Assembly: GCA_963528875.1 (NCBI GenBank)
Contig: CAURWT010000003.1
Coordinates: forward strand, 90,001-122,000
Direction: 5' to 3'
Length of the DNA: 32,000 bases
Source: an uncultured Candidatus Saccharimonas sp.
GTDB taxonomy: Bacteria; Patescibacteriota; Saccharimonadia; Saccharimonadales; Saccharimonadaceae
The translations under genes were made by a program, and so were the position numbers. Below are positions 9,447 through 20,526 of the stretch, in pieces. Numbering within the stretch: position 1 is the stretch's first letter; every line of letters starts with the position of its first letter. A model generated the notes under the pieces. It saw only the letters and a program-made list of their open reading frames with translations, searched no databases and had not been told where the DNA came from.

Positions 9447-9587
9447 ATGAGTGCGAAAGAAACAATCGAAAAAGTTTTTCATATTCATCATGATGAACGA
9501 GCCATTAGTGAGGAGGATAATAGAGCTATTCTAGCTGCTAGGGAGGCTAATTTGAGTATAAAATCATATGTATTGATAATGCACTAA
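9447..9587 (+). CDS. Small hypothetical protein (46 aa), absent from the ORF track
   Basis: The ATG at 9447 is preceded by GGAGG (9433-9437). Translation: MSAKETIEKVFHIHHDERAISEEDNRAILAAREANLSIKSYVLIMH, stop TAA 9585-9587. The unit has its own promoter and terminator. Confidence 0.45.
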   Translation: MSAKETIEKVFHIHHDERAISEEDNRAILAAREANLSIKSYVLIMH

Positions 9588-9594
9588 TAATTTT

Positions 9595-9618
9595 AACCGT
9601 CTTTTAGGGCGGTTTTTT
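9595..9618 (+). terminator. Rho-independent terminator of the small ORF
   Basis: AACCGTC (9595-9601) pairs with GGCGGTT (9608-9614) with one G-U pair. The loop is TTTTAG and TTTT follows. Confidence 0.65.
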
Positions 9619-9619
9619 A

Positions 9620-9648
9620 TTGATTTTTTTTGAAAAATATGTTAAAAT
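9620..9648 (+). promoter_or_regulatory. Promoter of rpoB-rpoC
   Basis: TTGATT (9620-9625), 17 nt spacer, TGtTAAAAT (9640-9648). The ~115 nt leader contains a direct repeat GCGGAGAAT (about 9672 and 9718) and several small hairpins. Confidence 0.5.
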
Positions 9649-9770
9649 GAACGATAAGAAGTAGTGTGCTTGCGGAGAATTTTACTTCGAAATTGATGGC
9701 AAAATTTCGAAAGTCGCAGGCGGAGAATCTTCGGGCCGATTCTAATAACACTTTAAATGCGAGGAGAAAA

Positions 9771-12700
9771 ATGGCAAAAAAGCACTTTAATGCTGCAGGA
9801 CGAGCGTTCTTTTCGAAAGAAGACGCTCTTCTTAAAACCCCAGATTTAATCGCTCACCAAAAAGAATCTTGGAAAGATTTTGTTGATAATGGTTTGAGTG
9901 AAATTTTCGAAGAGATTAATCCAATTGACGACTATACTGGTCAAAAATTAGCTCTGCGATTTAAGAGCTATGAATTTCAAGCTCCAAAAACAACAAAAGA
10001 TTTTGCGAAAGAAAATAATTTAACTTTTGAAGCTCCGCTACATGTTCAAGTTGAGCTTACGAATAAAGTTACTGGTGAAGTTAAAGAGCAAGAAATTTAC
10101 CTTGGTGACTACCCTTGGATGACAAACCAAGGAACTTTCATTATTAACGGAACCGAACGTGTTATTGTTTCGCAGTTGATTCGTTCTGAAGGTGTTTATT
10201 TTAATACCGAAACCGGAAGTGACGGAAAAAAATATTATGGCGCAAAGTTGATTCCAGTTCGTGGTGCTTGGTTAGAATTTGAGACTGACCCTAAAACTGG
10301 TGTGATTTATGTGAAAATTGACCGCCGTCGAAAACTTCCAGTAACAACTTTCTTGCGTGCACTTGGTCGAATGACTAACGCTGAAATGCGAGAGATTTTT
10401 GCTGATGTTGATAACGGAGATGTTAAATTTATTCAGTCAACCCTTGAAAAAGATCAATCAGCTGGCCCAAATGAAGCTTTGATTGAGGTTTATCGCCGTC
10501 TTCGCCCAGGAGATTTGGCGACTATTGAAAATGCTCGAAATATGATTGAGCGAATGTTCTTCGACTTTAAGAGATTTGACTATGGTCGCGTTGGTCGATA
10601 TAAAATTAACAAACGCTTAAAACTTGAAACACCAAACACAACTGAAAATCGTTCTTTCCAAATGGAAGATCTTTTCGAAATTATTAAAGAAGTTATTCGC
10701 TTGAATAATTCGCAGGGTGAAGTTGATGATATCGATAGTCTTGATAATCGACGAGTTAAATTGGTTGGTGAGCTTGTTGCGCGACAATTCCGCGTTGGTA
10801 TGCTTCGAATGCAACGAAATGCAATGGACCGAATGTCGATGACTGATATCGAAACTGTAACTCCTGGACAATTAGTGAATGCTCGCCCAGTTGTTGCTGC
10901 AGTGCGTGAATTTTTTGCTGGATCACAGCTTGCTCAGGTTATGGATGAAACTAATCCACTTTCAGAACTTTCTCACAAGCGCCGTTTGAGCTCAATGGGT
11001 CCTGGAGGTGTTACTCGCGATCGTGCTGGTCTTGAAGTTCGTGACAGCCACCCAACTCACTATGGCCGAATTTGTCTTGTTGAGACTCCAGAAGGTGGAA
11101 ACGTTGGGCTTGTAACAAACCTCGCAACTTTCGCTCGGATTAATGAATATGGCTTTATTGAAGCTCCATATCTTCGGGTTAAAGATGGAAGAGTTACTGA
11201 CGAAGTTGTTTATCTTGACGCTGATCATGAGATGCACGAAATTATTGCTGATGCTGGTTCAAAATTAAACGAAGATGGAAGCTTTGTTGAATCTCAGGTT
11301 TCTGCTCGAAAGAACTTGATACCTTCACAGGTGAGTTCAAGTGAGGTAACATTTATGGACGCTGTCCACAGGCAGGTTCTTGGTGCGGCGGCATCGCTTA
11401 TTCCTTTTGCCGAACGTGACCGAATTGACCGTGCTTTAACTGGTTCAGCCATGCAGAAGCAAGCTGTTCCACTTCTTTGGAATGAAGCCCCAACTGTTGG
11501 GACTGGTGTTGAAGCTGATATTGCACGAAACTTAAGCCAAATTATTGTTGCTGAAGATGATGGTGAAGTTATTCGTGCTGATTCTGTTGCTGTTGAGGTT
11601 AAATATGCATCTGGTACAGCAAAATATAAACTAAAACATTTCGAAAAAACTGCCGACGACCGATGTTACAATCAAAAAGTTGTGGTTTCTCGTGGTCAAA
11701 AAGTTAAAAAAGGTGATATTTTAGCAGAAGGTGCAAGTATTAAGGATGGAGAAATTGCTCTTGGCCGTGACCTCCGTGTGGCATTTATGTCTTGGGGTGG
11801 ATTCAACATGGACGACGCTGTGATTATTTCCGACCGTCTTGTTAAGACTGATATGCTAACGAATATCAATATTAAAGATTATATGGTTGAAGTTCGTGAA
11901 ACTAAGCTTGGGCCAGAAGTTGTTACTCGTGATATTCCAAACGCTAGCGAATACAGTTTGCGACATTTGGATGAAGATGGAATTGTTCAAATTGGTTCAG
12001 AGGTAAAACCTGGCGATGTGCTTGTTGGAAAAATTACTCCAAAAGGTGAACAAGAGCTTTCGAGCGAAGAACGACTTTTGCGTGCAATCTTTGGTGAAAA
12101 AGCGAAAGATGTTCGTGATACTTCTCAAAGAATGAAAAATACTGGTTCTGGAAAAGTTATTGGTGTGAAAATCTTTTCGAAAGAAAATGGTCATGAAATG
12201 CGTGCTGGCGTACTTAAACAAATTCAGATTTTTGTGGCTGAAGCTCGCAAAATTATGGTTGGAGACAAAATGGCTGGACGACACGGAAATAAAGGTGTTG
12301 TTGCAAAAATTTTGCCAGAAGCTGATATGCCATTTATGGAAGATGGAACTCCGATTGATGTAATTCTTTCGCCGCTTGGTGTGCCTTCACGTATGAACCT
12401 TGGTCAGCTTTTCGAAGTTCACCTTGGAATGGCTGCGAAAACTCAAGGATACCGAGTTGCAACTCCTTCATATGATGGTGTTGATGCTAAAACTTTGAGT
12501 GATGAGCTTGAAGCTGCAGGCGTACCTCGAGATGGAAAAGTTCAATTATTTGATGGCCAAACTGGCGAACCATTTGAACAGCGCACAACAGTTGGATTTA
12601 TGCATATGATTAAGCTTCACCACTTGGTCGCTGATAAGATCCACGCTCGTTCAACTGGTCCTTACACAATGGTTACTCAACAGCCTTTGGGCGGTAAAGC

Positions 12701-13118
12701 TCAAAATGGTGGTCAGCGATTTGGAGAAATGGAAGTTTGGGCTTTGGAAGCTTACGGTGCTGCTAACATGCTTCAAGAAATGCTCACAATTAAGTCTGAC
12801 GACGTTGTTGGCCGTTCGAAAGCTTACGAAAGCATCATTAAAAATAGTGAAATTGTTGGTCCAAAATTACCAGAATCATTCAATGTGCTTGTGAAGGAAT
12901 TACAAGGTCTTGGTTTGCGCGTTGATCTGCTTGATCAACATGCTTCAAGCATTGACGCTGATGAACTTCTTGCGGAACGAAATAAAGATGCGGAGAGCTC
13001 AATAATCGAAGAAGATGAAAATTTCGAAACTGTTCGAGATGAATCTGACGGTGAATTTGAAGACAATATGAACATTCAAGATATTGATGAAATTGAAGAA
13101 AATAAGGAGGAAGCGTAA
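9771..13118 (+). CDS. rpoB: DNA-directed RNA polymerase subunit beta
   Basis: The ORF is open from the GTG at 9666. The ATG at 9771 follows the SD GAGGAG and gives the canonical N-terminus (MAKKHFNAAGRAFFSK...LIAHQKESW). Conserved blocks include GRHGNKGV and SRMNLGQ. The C-terminal tail is acidic. Confidence 0.95.
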   Translation: MAKKHFNAAGRAFFSKEDALLKTPDLIAHQKESWKDFVDNGLSEIFEEINPIDDYTGQKLALRFKSYEFQAPKTTKDFAKENNLTFEAPLHVQVELTNKVTGEVKEQEIYLGDYPWMTNQGTFIINGTERVIVSQLIRSEGVYFNTETGSDGKKYYGAKLIPVRGAWLEFETDPKTGVIYVKIDRRRKLPVTTFLRALGRMTNAEMREIFADVDNGDVKFIQSTLEKDQSAGPNEALIEVYRRLRPGDLATIENARNMIERMFFDFKRFDYGRVGRYKINKRLKLETPNTTENRSFQMEDLFEIIKEVIRLNNSQGEVDDIDSLDNRRVKLVGELVARQFRVGMLRMQRNAMDRMSMTDIETVTPGQLVNARPVVAAVREFFAGSQLAQVMDETNPLSELSHKRRLSSMGPGGVTRDRAGLEVRDSHPTHYGRICLVETPEGGNVGLVTNLATFARINEYGFIEAPYLRVKDGRVTDEVVYLDADHEMHEIIADAGSKLNEDGSFVESQVSARKNLIPSQVSSSEVTFMDAVHRQVLGAAASLIPFAERDRIDRALTGSAMQKQAVPLLWNEAPTVGTGVEADIARNLSQIIVAEDDGEVIRADSVAVEVKYASGTAKYKLKHFEKTADDRCYNQKVVVSRGQKVKKGDILAEGASIKDGEIALGRDLRVAFMSWGGFNMDDAVIISDRLVKTDMLTNINIKDYMVEVRETKLGPEVVTRDIPNASEYSLRHLDEDGIVQIGSEVKPGDVLVGKITPKGEQELSSEERLLRAIFGEKAKDVRDTSQRMKNTGSGKVIGVKIFSKENGHEMRAGVLKQIQIFVAEARKIMVGDKMAGRHGNKGVVAKILPEADMPFMEDGTPIDVILSPLGVPSRMNLGQLFEVHLGMAAKTQGYRVATPSYDGVDAKTLSDELEAAGVPRDGKVQLFDGQTGEPFEQRTTVGFMHMIKLHHLVADKIHARSTGPYTMVTQQPLGGKAQNGGQRFGEMEVWALEAYGAANMLQEMLTIKSDDVVGRSKAYESIIKNSEIVGPKLPESFNVLVKELQGLGLRVDLLDQHASSIDADELLAERNKDAESSIIEEDENFETVRDESDGEFEDNMNIQDIDEIEENKEEA

Positions 13119-16100
13119 ATGGCGAAAGTGGTGAATTCAAACCAGATTGCTGATTTCGATGCAGTTCGCCTCGCGGTTGCTAGCCCAGAAGATATTTTGA
13201 GCTGGTCTTACGGCGAAGTAACTAAGCCAGAAACTATTAACTATCGAACTCAAAAACCTGAGCGTGATGGTTTGTTTTGTGAAAAAATCTTTGGACCAAC
13301 TAAAGATATCAACCCTTACGATAATAAACTAAAGGGTGTTCGTTCTCGTGAAGCTGCCGTTGATAAAAATGGTGAGTTAGTAACAAAATCAATCGTTCGC
13401 CGTGAACGAATGGGCCATATTTCTTTAGCAGCTCCAATCGCGCATATTTGGTTTATGCGTGGAGCTCCAAGTGCAATGAGTCTTCTTCTTGGAATGACGG
13501 TTAAAAATATCGAACGTGTTGTTTATTTTGCAAGTTATGTAATTCTTAATGTTGATGAAGAAAAACGCGATCAAATGATTGCCGACCTTGAAGCTGAAGA
13601 CAAAGCTGCTCGAATGGCAATTAAAATTCGTTACGAAAAAGCTGCTGAAGAAGCTGGCGCTGATATTAAAGCATTGGCTGAAGCACAAACCAAAGAAATC
13701 GAAGAGCTTAACGCAAATTATGTTTCGAAAAAGAATCAACTTGACAGTTTTGTGAAAGGCTCGCTAATGAGCGAAACTGATTTTCGAAATCTTCCTGAAG
13801 AATATGAAGATATTATTGAAGTTGGAATGGGTGGTGAAGCAATTAAAACTTTGCTTGACGAAATTGACATTGATGAGCTTATCGAAAGTTTGAAAGAAGA
13901 ATCTGAAAAAGCAAGAGGTCAGCGAGAGAAGAAAATTCTTAAACGACTAAAAACAATTGAAGGAATGAAAGCTGCTGGAATTAAGCCGGGAAGTTTATGT
14001 TTAACTGTTCTTCCTGTGATTCCTCCAGATTTGCGACCTATGGTTCAATTAACTGGTGGTCGATTTGCAACATCAGATTTAAACGATTTGTATCGTCGAG
14101 TAATTAATCGAAACAATCGTTTGAAGAAATTGATCGAACTCAATGCCCCAATGGTAATTAAGCGTAATGAAATGCGAATGCTTCAAGAAGCTGTTGATTC
14201 GCTAATTGACAATAATGCATCACGAAGTGGCCGCTCAGTTAATACGGCCGGTGGTCGCCGAAAGCTTAAATCTTTGAGCGATATGCTAAAAGGTAAGCAG
14301 GGTCGTTTCCGCCAAAACTTGCTTGGAAAACGTGTTGACTACTCTGGTCGTTCAGTGATTGTGGTTGGCCCAACTTTGAAAGCTCACCAATGTGGTTTGC
14401 CAACACAAATGGCTCTTGAACTCTTTAAACCATTTGTAATTTCTTGGTTGATTGAAAAAGAATATGCACATAATATTCGTTCGGCAACTCGTTTGATTGA
14501 TGCTCGTGAGGCAGAAGTGTGGGATGCTTTGGATGCCGTAGTTGAAGGAAAATATATTCTTTTGAACCGTGCTCCATCTTTGCACAGACTTTCGATTCAG
14601 GCCTTCCAGCCAAAACTTGTTGAAGGTAAAGCTATTCAGCTTCACCCACTTGTAGCGAACGGATTTAACGCCGACTACGACGGTGACCAGATGGCGGTTC
14701 ACCTACCACTTTCTGATGCTGCTCAGGCAGAAGCTCGTGATCTAATGAGTATTTCTCACAACTTGCTAAAACCGGCAGATGGTCAACCTGTACTTTCTGT
14801 TGATCAGGATGTTGTTTACGGAAATTACTACATTACTTACGATAAGCATTCCGAAATGAACAAAAAACCGCATCCTTTCGCTAATGTTTTTGAAGCTGAA
14901 ATGGCTTATGATAAAGGTGAAATTGCGCTTCAAACACCAATTCGTGTGTTCGTAAAAGGCGAGATTCGAAATACGACTCTTGGTCGTGTGTTATTTAACG
15001 AATTACTACCAGAAGATTATCCGTTCGACAATAACCCACAAACTAAGAAGCAAATTAACAAAATTTTGGCCGATATGTTTGCGCATTATGGTGCTGAAAT
15101 GACTGTGAAAATTGCTGACAAAATTAAAGGTTTGTCATTCCGATTTGTTACGAAATCTGGTTTGTCGATCGGTAAGGAAGATTACACGGTTTACGAAAGC
15201 AAAAAAATTCCTCAGATCATTGCTAGCGGTGACGCTAAAACAACTTTGATTCAGGAACAATATGACCAAGGTCTTTTGACTGATCAAGAACGCTATAACT
15301 TAATTATTGATAACTGGCACAAGGTTATTGATGAAGTTTCTGATGAAATCTCTGAGCGTGTAGCTCATGAAGGTGCAGATTCACCTGTTGGATTGATGGC
15401 TGTTTCTGGTTCGCGTGGTAATGCAACAAATATTCGCCTTGCTTCCGGTTTGACTGGAATTATGGTGGATGCAACTAACCGTGAAATTGAGCTTCCAATT
15501 CGCTCAAACTACACTCACGGAATGAGCTCACTTGAAGCTTTCGTGGCAACTCGTGGTGCGCGTCAAGGTTTGATTTCGACTGCCCTTAAAACTGCCGATT
15601 CTGGTTACCTAACTCGCCGTCTTGTTGATGTGGCTCAAGATGTATTTTCTGTTGAAGATAGAGCTGACGAAGTTGACCCAGGATTTGCGATTTATCGTTC
15701 GGAAAGCGAAGAGACAATGATTCCATTTGGTGATAGACTCTATGGTCGATTTACGGCTGAAGCTATCCCTGGATACATTGAGGCTAACCAGCTAATTACT
15801 CGAGAAATCGCTGATGCAATTGAAAAAGATGAAAACATTACGGAAGTTAAAATTCAAAGTGTTCTTTCAACTCCAGACCTTGCAGGAATTCCTCAAAAGT
15901 CTTACGGAATTGATATGGCGACTGGACTTCTTGTTGATCCAGCTGAACCAGTTGGTGTGATTGCTGCTCAATCTGTTGGTGAACCTGGAACCCAGCTAAC
16001 TTTGAATACATTCCATAGCTCAGGTGTTGCTGGTTCTGGTGCAATTTCACAAGGTCTGCCACGTGTTGAAGAACTTCTTGAAGCTCGTTCACCAAAGGGA

Positions 16101-16826
16101 CAGGCTTATATGACTGAAGTTTCTGGTGTGGTTGATATCTGGGAAGATGGCAATATGAATATTGTTCAAATTACGCCACAACAAACTGAAGATGGCGAAA
16201 ATGTAAACCCAGTTCGCTACGAAATTCCAAATGTTGCGGCTCTAGCTGTTTCGAAAAACGATGTTGTGCAGGCTGGTGACCGTTTAACTGTTGGTTCGCT
16301 CAATCTTCGTGATTTAATGGAATTTAAGGGTGTTGAAGAAACTCAACGCTACATTATGAACGAAATCTTGCGAATTTATGCCGCTCAAGGTCAAGATATT
16401 GCTTCAAAGCACCTTGAAATCATCGTTCGCCAAATGTTCAGCCGAGTTCAAATTGAAGATGCTGGAGATTCATCGTTTATCATTGGCGATGTCGTTTCGA
16501 AAGCTGCCGTTGTTGAAGAAAATAAACTTCTTGAAGCTGAAGGCAAAAAACCTGCTGAATTCAAACAACAACTTCTTGGAATCACAAAAGTTTCAATTTT
16601 CAGTGACAGTTTCTTGTCTGCTGCATCGTTCCAAAACACAACAAGTGTTTTGATTAACGCAGCAACTTCTGGCCGAATTGATAAGCTTCGCGGATTAAAA
16701 GAAAATGTGATTATCGGACGCAAAATTCCTGTTGGAACTGGCGCTCGGGTTAACGCAAAATCTAAACCTGTTGAAACTAAAGAAGAATTTGAAAACGAAA
16801 CTAACGATTCGACAGTAGAAGAATAA
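13119..16826 (+). CDS. rpoC: DNA-directed RNA polymerase subunit beta'
   Basis: 1235 aa. It has the catalytic NADYDGDQM motif, [10 protein letters not shown] and [13 protein letters not shown]. The ATG immediately follows the rpoB stop (TAAATG). Confidence 0.97.
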   Translation: MAKVVNSNQIADFDAVRLAVASPEDILSWSYGEVTKPETINYRTQKPERDGLFCEKIFGPTKDINPYDNKLKGVRSREAAVDKNGELVTKSIVRRERMGHISLAAPIAHIWFMRGAPSAMSLLLGMTVKNIERVVYFASYVILNVDEEKRDQMIADLEAEDKAARMAIKIRYEKAAEEAGADIKALAEAQTKEIEELNANYVSKKNQLDSFVKGSLMSETDFRNLPEEYEDIIEVGMGGEAIKTLLDEIDIDELIESLKEESEKARGQREKKILKRLKTIEGMKAAGIKPGSLCLTVLPVIPPDLRPMVQLTGGRFATSDLNDLYRRVINRNNRLKKLIELNAPMVIKRNEMRMLQEAVDSLIDNNASRSGRSVNTAGGRRKLKSLSDMLKGKQGRFRQNLLGKRVDYSGRSVIVVGPTLKAHQCGLPTQMALELFKPFVISWLIEKEYAHNIRSATRLIDAREAEVWDALDAVVEGKYILLNRAPSLHRLSIQAFQPKLVEGKAIQLHPLVANGFNADYDGDQMAVHLPLSDAAQAEARDLMSISHNLLKPADGQPVLSVDQDVVYGNYYITYDKHSEMNKKPHPFANVFEAEMAYDKGEIALQTPIRVFVKGEIRNTTLGRVLFNELLPEDYPFDNNPQTKKQINKILADMFAHYGAEMTVKIADKIKGLSFRFVTKSGLSIGKEDYTVYESKKIPQIIASGDAKTTLIQEQYDQGLLTDQERYNLIIDNWHKVIDEVSDEISERVAHEGADSPVGLMAVSGSRGNATNIRLASGLTGIMVDATNREIELPIRSNYTHGMSSLEAFVATRGARQGLISTALKTADSGYLTRRLVDVAQDVFSVEDRADEVDPGFAIYRSESEETMIPFGDRLYGRFTAEAIPGYIEANQLITREIADAIEKDENITEVKIQSVLSTPDLAGIPQKSYGIDMATGLLVDPAEPVGVIAAQSVGEPGTQLTLNTFHSSGVAGSGAISQGLPRVEELLEARSPKGQAYMTEVSGVVDIWEDGNMNIVQITPQQTEDGENVNPVRYEIPNVAALAVSKNDVVQAGDRLTVGSLNLRDLMEFKGVEETQRYIMNEILRIYAAQGQDIASKHLEIIVRQMFSRVQIEDAGDSSFIIGDVVSKAAVVEENKLLEAEGKKPAEFKQQLLGITKVSIFSDSFLSAASFQNTTSVLINAATSGRIDKLRGLKENVIIGRKIPVGTGARVNAKSKPVETKEEFENETNDSTVEE

Positions 16827-16833
16827 AAAACTT

Positions 16834-16862
16834 AAAACACTGGCTTTGCTGCCGGTGTTTTA
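16834..16862 (+). terminator. Rho-independent terminator after rpoC
   Basis: AAAACACTGGC (16834-16844) pairs with GCCGGTGTTTT (16851-16861) with one G-U pair. Confidence 0.7.
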
Positions 16863-16864
16863 AT

Positions 16865-16893
16865 TTGCGTTAAAGAACGAAAAATGATACAAT
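16865..16893 (+). promoter_or_regulatory. Promoter of the DUF3592-rnhA pair
   Basis: TTGCGT (16865-16870), 17 nt spacer, TGaTACAAT (16885-16893). Confidence 0.45.
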
Positions 16894-16920
16894 ATTAGCA
16901 TAAACAAAATAGGAGAATAT

Positions 16921-17457
16921 ATGAGTTCTAATGAAACTAAAAAAGTTGGCGTAAAAGCTTTTCGAAATCGTGGAATTATTTTTGCAATTTTAGCAATTGT
17001 TTTAATTGTTGCTGGCTCAATTTGGATTGCAAAACCTTTTAATGATTTTCTAAAAAGACAAACTTGGAAACAAACTGAAGGGCAGATTTATGGTTTCGAA
17101 AAGAAAATTATAAATGAAAAAACTGGTGAACATAAATATACGGCAGTTGTAGATTTTTCAGTGAAAGAGAACGAAATAATCGAATTTCACTCAGAGCTAA
17201 AGAATGAAAAACCAGTTATCGGCGAAAAAGTAAAAGTTTTTTATGATGAAAAAGATCCAAATTCCGCTGTTGAGGGTGATTTTGAAATTACTAAAATAGT
17301 TGCTCCGAGTGGACTGCTGATTGTTGGAATTATTAGTGCGGTTTTAGCAATGATTTCTTTTGAAAGAATGAAAAAAGCTAAAAAGATGCAAAATCAAGCA
17401 AATACCTCAGCCTTTGTACAGAATTTTATTCCGCAAAATAATCAGGAAAGTAAGTAA
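16921..17457 (+). CDS. DUF3592-like membrane protein
   Basis: 178 aa. An N-terminal TM helix and a C-terminal TM helix flank a beta-rich domain (EGQIYGFEKK...YTAVVDFSV...GEKVKVFYDEKDPNSA), the pattern I associate with DUF3592. Confidence 0.55.
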   Translation: MSSNETKKVGVKAFRNRGIIFAILAIVLIVAGSIWIAKPFNDFLKRQTWKQTEGQIYGFEKKIINEKTGEHKYTAVVDFSVKENEIIEFHSELKNEKPVIGEKVKVFYDEKDPNSAVEGDFEITKIVAPSGLLIVGIISAVLAMISFERMKKAKKMQNQANTSAFVQNFIPQNNQESK

Positions 17458-17873
17458 TGCGAACGATTTTTACAGATGGAAGTGCTTCACCGAATCCTGG
17501 CCCTGGTGGTTTTGCTGTGATTGAAAACGGCAAACCGATTGCTTTGGGGGCTGAAAATCCAAGCACGAATATTCGAATGGAAGGATTAGCTTTGAAAAAA
17601 GCTTTCGAAATTTTAGACGGTGAAGAAGCTGAAATTTTAACAGATAGCGAATTTTGGGTTAATGTTTTAGTGAAATGGGCGCCAGCTTGGGAGAAAAATG
17701 GCTGGAAGAAAAAAAATGGTGAAATTAAGAATCTTGATATTGTGAAGCCGCTTTTTGAGCTTTATAGAAATTCGAACGTAGAGTTAAAATGGCTAAAGGG
17801 ACACGCTGGTCATGAGTTTAACGAAATGGCTGATGAATGGGCTAATCGGGCAAGAAACGGGGAAAAGCTTTAA
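17457..17873 (+). CDS. rnhA: Ribonuclease HI
   Basis: 138 aa with FTDGSASPNPGPGGFAVI, TNIRMEGLAL, TDSEFWVN and KGHAGHEFNEMADEWA. The start overlaps the upstream stop (TAATG). Confidence 0.85.
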   Translation: MRTIFTDGSASPNPGPGGFAVIENGKPIALGAENPSTNIRMEGLALKKAFEILDGEEAEILTDSEFWVNVLVKWAPAWEKNGWKKKNGEIKNLDIVKPLFELYRNSNVELKWLKGHAGHEFNEMADEWANRARNGEKL

Positions 17874-17881
17874 TTCTATTA

Positions 17882-17910
17882 TTGACTTTCTTCTAAGGCT
17901 GTGATAAAAT
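17882..17910 (+). promoter_or_regulatory. Promoter of the small membrane-protein gene
   Basis: TTGACT (17882-17887), 17 nt spacer, TGaTAAAAT (17902-17910). Confidence 0.5.
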
Positions 17911-17962
17911 AAGAGTTCCGCTCAAAAGTGGAAAATAAAAATTTGGAGGAAATTATCCTTTT

Positions 17963-18160
17963 ATGAAAAAAGCATTAAACGAGGCTAAAGAGCCTCTATT
18001 AGTTTCCTTGTTCTTTATCGTAGTCTGCGGCGTGTCATTATTTTTAACGATTTTGACACACTGGAACTTTGGTGTGTTCTTTTTTAGTATTGTTATGATA
18101 ACATTAGTAATTGCTGCTAAAAGGATCGATGAAAAGATGCCTGAAAAAGTTCGAAGATAA
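17963..18160 (+). CDS. Small membrane protein (65 aa, two predicted TM helices)
   Basis: A GGAGG SD lies upstream. There are two hydrophobic segments (LLVSLFFIVVCGVSLFLTIL and FGVFFFSIVMITLVIAA). The unit has its own consensus promoter and terminator. Confidence 0.5.
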   Translation: MKKALNEAKEPLLVSLFFIVVCGVSLFLTILTHWNFGVFFFSIVMITLVIAAKRIDEKMPEKVRR

Positions 18161-18171
18161 AAAAAATTTTT

Positions 18172-18198
18172 AAGCCAGAGAAACTGGCTTTTTCTTTT
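18172..18198 (+). terminator. Rho-independent terminator
   Basis: AAGCCAG (18172-18178) / CTGGCTT (18184-18190), loop AGAAA, then TTTCTTTT. Confidence 0.7.
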
Positions 18199-18210
18199 GA
18201 TTATTTTTAC

Positions 18211-18239
18211 TTTACAGATTTTAAAAAATATGATAAAAT
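18211..18239 (+). promoter_or_regulatory. Promoter of fusA (monocistronic)
   Basis: TTTACA (18211-18216), 17 nt spacer, TGaTAAAAT (18231-18239). A ~85 nt leader follows, with the stem GCTGTTT (18252-18258) / AAACAGC (18295-18301). Confidence 0.5.
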
Positions 18240-18330
18240 TGTTAGCGAAGCGCTGTTTTTGTGCTGGTTTCGAAAAAACAACAAAACTAGCGTGAAACAG
18301 CAATAAAATAATAAATTTAAGAGGAATCAA

Positions 18331-20421
18331 ATGAATAAAAATACTCCATTGGAAAATTTCCGAAATGTTGGTATTATTGCGCACATTGACGCCGGTAAAA
18401 CTACAACAACAGAAGGTATTCTTTACCGAACTGGTTTGACACACAAAATTGGTGTTGTTCGTGGTGAAGGCGATGGTGCAACAACCGACTGGATGGCTCA
18501 AGAGAAAGAGCGAGGTATTACAATTACTTCTGCTGCTGTTACTTGTTTCTGGAAAGACCACAAAATTAATATTATTGACACCCCAGGACACATCGACTTT
18601 ACTGCTGAAGTGGAGCGTTCACTTCGCGTTCTTGACGGTGCTGTGACTGTTTTTGACGGTAAAATGGGTGTGGAAGCTCAGTCTGAAACTGTTTGGCGAC
18701 AGGCTGACAAATACGGTGTGCCACGCGTTTGTTTTATTAATAAAATTAACCAAACTGGTGGTGACTTCTATAAATCAATTAAATCAATTCACGATCGTTT
18801 AAGCAAGCAGGCTTTCCCAATTCACTTGCCAATTGGTTTCGAACAAGAAATTAATGGTGTTGTCGACCTTATTGACATGAAAGCTTACACTTATGATAAC
18901 TATGCTGACCATGAGTTGAAAGTTGGTGAAATTCCAGCAGACATGCTTGAAAAAGCTAAAAACGCACGCTCATTACTTGTTGAAAATGCGGTTGAGGCTG
19001 ACGATGAATTAATGATGCGATTCTTCGAAGAAGGTGAGGAATCAATTACAATTCCTGAACTTAAAGCTGCGCTTCGAAAACGAGTTCTTGCTGGCGATTT
19101 CTTCTTGGTAACTGGTGGTGATGGCCGTGGTGTGATCGTGGAAAAGGTTCTTGATCTTATTAATGATTATCTTCCAAGCCCACTTGATATTGCTTCGATT
19201 AAAGGAACTGATGCAAAAACTGGTGAAGCTATTGAGCGCAAACCGTCTGTAGATGAACCAACTTCTGCGCTAGCATTTAAGATTGCAACCGACCCATTTG
19301 TTGGAAAACTCGTATTCGTGCGTGTTTATAGCGGTAAAATTACTGCTGGATCATATGTTCTTAATACAATGACTGGTAAAAAAGAACGAATTGGGCGAAT
19401 CGTTCGAATGCATGCTGATAAGCGTGAAGAAATTTCAGAAGTTACTGCTGGCGACATTGCTGCTGTTGTTGGCTTGAAAGATGTTACAACTGGTGCAACT
19501 CTTTGTGATTTGAACCATGGTGTGATTCTTGAAGGTATTGAGTTCGCCGAACCTCCAGTTTCGATTGCGGTTGAGCCAAAAACCAAAGCCGACCAAGAAA
19601 AAATGGGAATTGCTCTTCAACGACTTGCTGAAGAAGACCCAACTTTCCGAGTTCACACAGATGAAGAAACTGGTCAAACAATTATGTCAGGAATGGGTGA
19701 GCTTCACCTTGATATCTTGATCGACCGAATGAAGCGTGAATTTAACGTTGAAGCTAATGTTGGTGAGCCACAAGTTGCTTTCCGTGAAACTATTCGTGGA
19801 ACTGCTGAAGCTCAAGGTAAACACGCAAAACAGTCTGGTGGTCGTGGTCAATATGGTGATGTTTGGATTCGTTTTGAGCCAAATGAACCAGGAAAAGGCT
19901 TTGAATTCTTTGATGAAATTAAAGGTGGTGTTGTGCCACAAGAATATCGCAAACCAGTTGAACAAGGTGTGCTTGAAACGCTTGAAGGCGGTGTGATTGC
20001 TGGTTACCCAGTAGTTGACGTTAAAGCTACACTTTATGATGGTTCTTACCACGATGTCGACTCAAGCGAATTAGCCTTTAAATTGGCCGGTGCGCTTTCA
20101 ACTCGTGAAGGTATTAAGAAGGCAAATCCAGTTCTTCTTGAACCTGTGATGAAAGTTGAAATTACAACTCCTGAAGAATTTATGGGTGATGTAATTGGAG
20201 ACTTGAACTCACGACGCGGTCGAATCGATGCTATGGAAGATCTAATGGGTGGAACAAAGCTCGTTAAAGGTTTCGTTCCTCTTGCAAATATGTTTGGTTA
20301 CACTTCAGACCTACGCTCAATGAGTAAAGGTCGTGCAGCTTCAACGATGGAGCTTGCGCAATACGAAGAAGTTCCACCTAACGTTGCACAAGAAATTATC
20401 GAAAAGCGAAACGCTAAATAA
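18331..20421 (+). CDS. fusA: Translation elongation factor G
   Basis: 696 aa with [20 protein letters not shown] and NKIN GTPase motifs plus EF-G domains II-V. No rpsL or rpsG lie upstream. Confidence 0.97.
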   Translation: MNKNTPLENFRNVGIIAHIDAGKTTTTEGILYRTGLTHKIGVVRGEGDGATTDWMAQEKERGITITSAAVTCFWKDHKINIIDTPGHIDFTAEVERSLRVLDGAVTVFDGKMGVEAQSETVWRQADKYGVPRVCFINKINQTGGDFYKSIKSIHDRLSKQAFPIHLPIGFEQEINGVVDLIDMKAYTYDNYADHELKVGEIPADMLEKAKNARSLLVENAVEADDELMMRFFEEGEESITIPELKAALRKRVLAGDFFLVTGGDGRGVIVEKVLDLINDYLPSPLDIASIKGTDAKTGEAIERKPSVDEPTSALAFKIATDPFVGKLVFVRVYSGKITAGSYVLNTMTGKKERIGRIVRMHADKREEISEVTAGDIAAVVGLKDVTTGATLCDLNHGVILEGIEFAEPPVSIAVEPKTKADQEKMGIALQRLAEEDPTFRVHTDEETGQTIMSGMGELHLDILIDRMKREFNVEANVGEPQVAFRETIRGTAEAQGKHAKQSGGRGQYGDVWIRFEPNEPGKGFEFFDEIKGGVVPQEYRKPVEQGVLETLEGGVIAGYPVVDVKATLYDGSYHDVDSSELAFKLAGALSTREGIKKANPVLLEPVMKVEITTPEEFMGDVIGDLNSRRGRIDAMEDLMGGTKLVKGFVPLANMFGYTSDLRSMSKGRAASTMELAQYEEVPPNVAQEIIEKRNAK

Positions 20422-20442
20422 TAATTTCAAAAAATTTAAAAA

Positions 20443-20468
20443 CTACCTCTTTCGGGAGGTGGTTTTTT
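20443..20468 (+). terminator. Rho-independent terminator after fusA
   Basis: CTACCTCT (20443-20450) pairs with GGAGGTGG (20455-20462) with two G-U pairs. The loop is a UUCG tetraloop and a T6 run follows. Confidence 0.75.
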
Positions 20469-20480
20469 ATATTTAATGTA

Positions 20481-20505
20481 TGATATAATAGTATGGAATT
20501 ATAAT
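20481..20505 (+). promoter_or_regulatory. Candidate promoter(s) of the island operon
   Basis: Extended -10 TGaTATAAT (20481-20489) and a second TATAAT (20500-20505). No good -35 is present. Confidence 0.4.
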
Positions 20506-20526
20506 AAAAAAAGGGAGCTTTTAAAT

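Noticed and set aside
9666-9770. The GTG start at 9666, which would give RpoB a 35-aa N-terminal extension.
   Set aside because: No SD precedes it, and it lies only about 18 nt after the -10. The ATG at 9771 follows GAGGAG and gives the conserved RpoB start. I treat the region as a structured leader, although the extension cannot be formally excluded.
17953-18591. A 212-aa ORF on the - strand spanning the small membrane gene, the fusA promoter and the fusA 5' end. Similar long antisense ORFs occur at 29773-30267 (inside tuf), 5646-6134 (inside clpC), 14352-14702 (inside rpoC) and 19687-20052 (inside fusA).
   Set aside because: All lie antisense to strongly supported conserved genes. They have low-complexity or Cys/Ser/Phe-rich translations and no SD or promoter. 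They are typical shadow ORFs.
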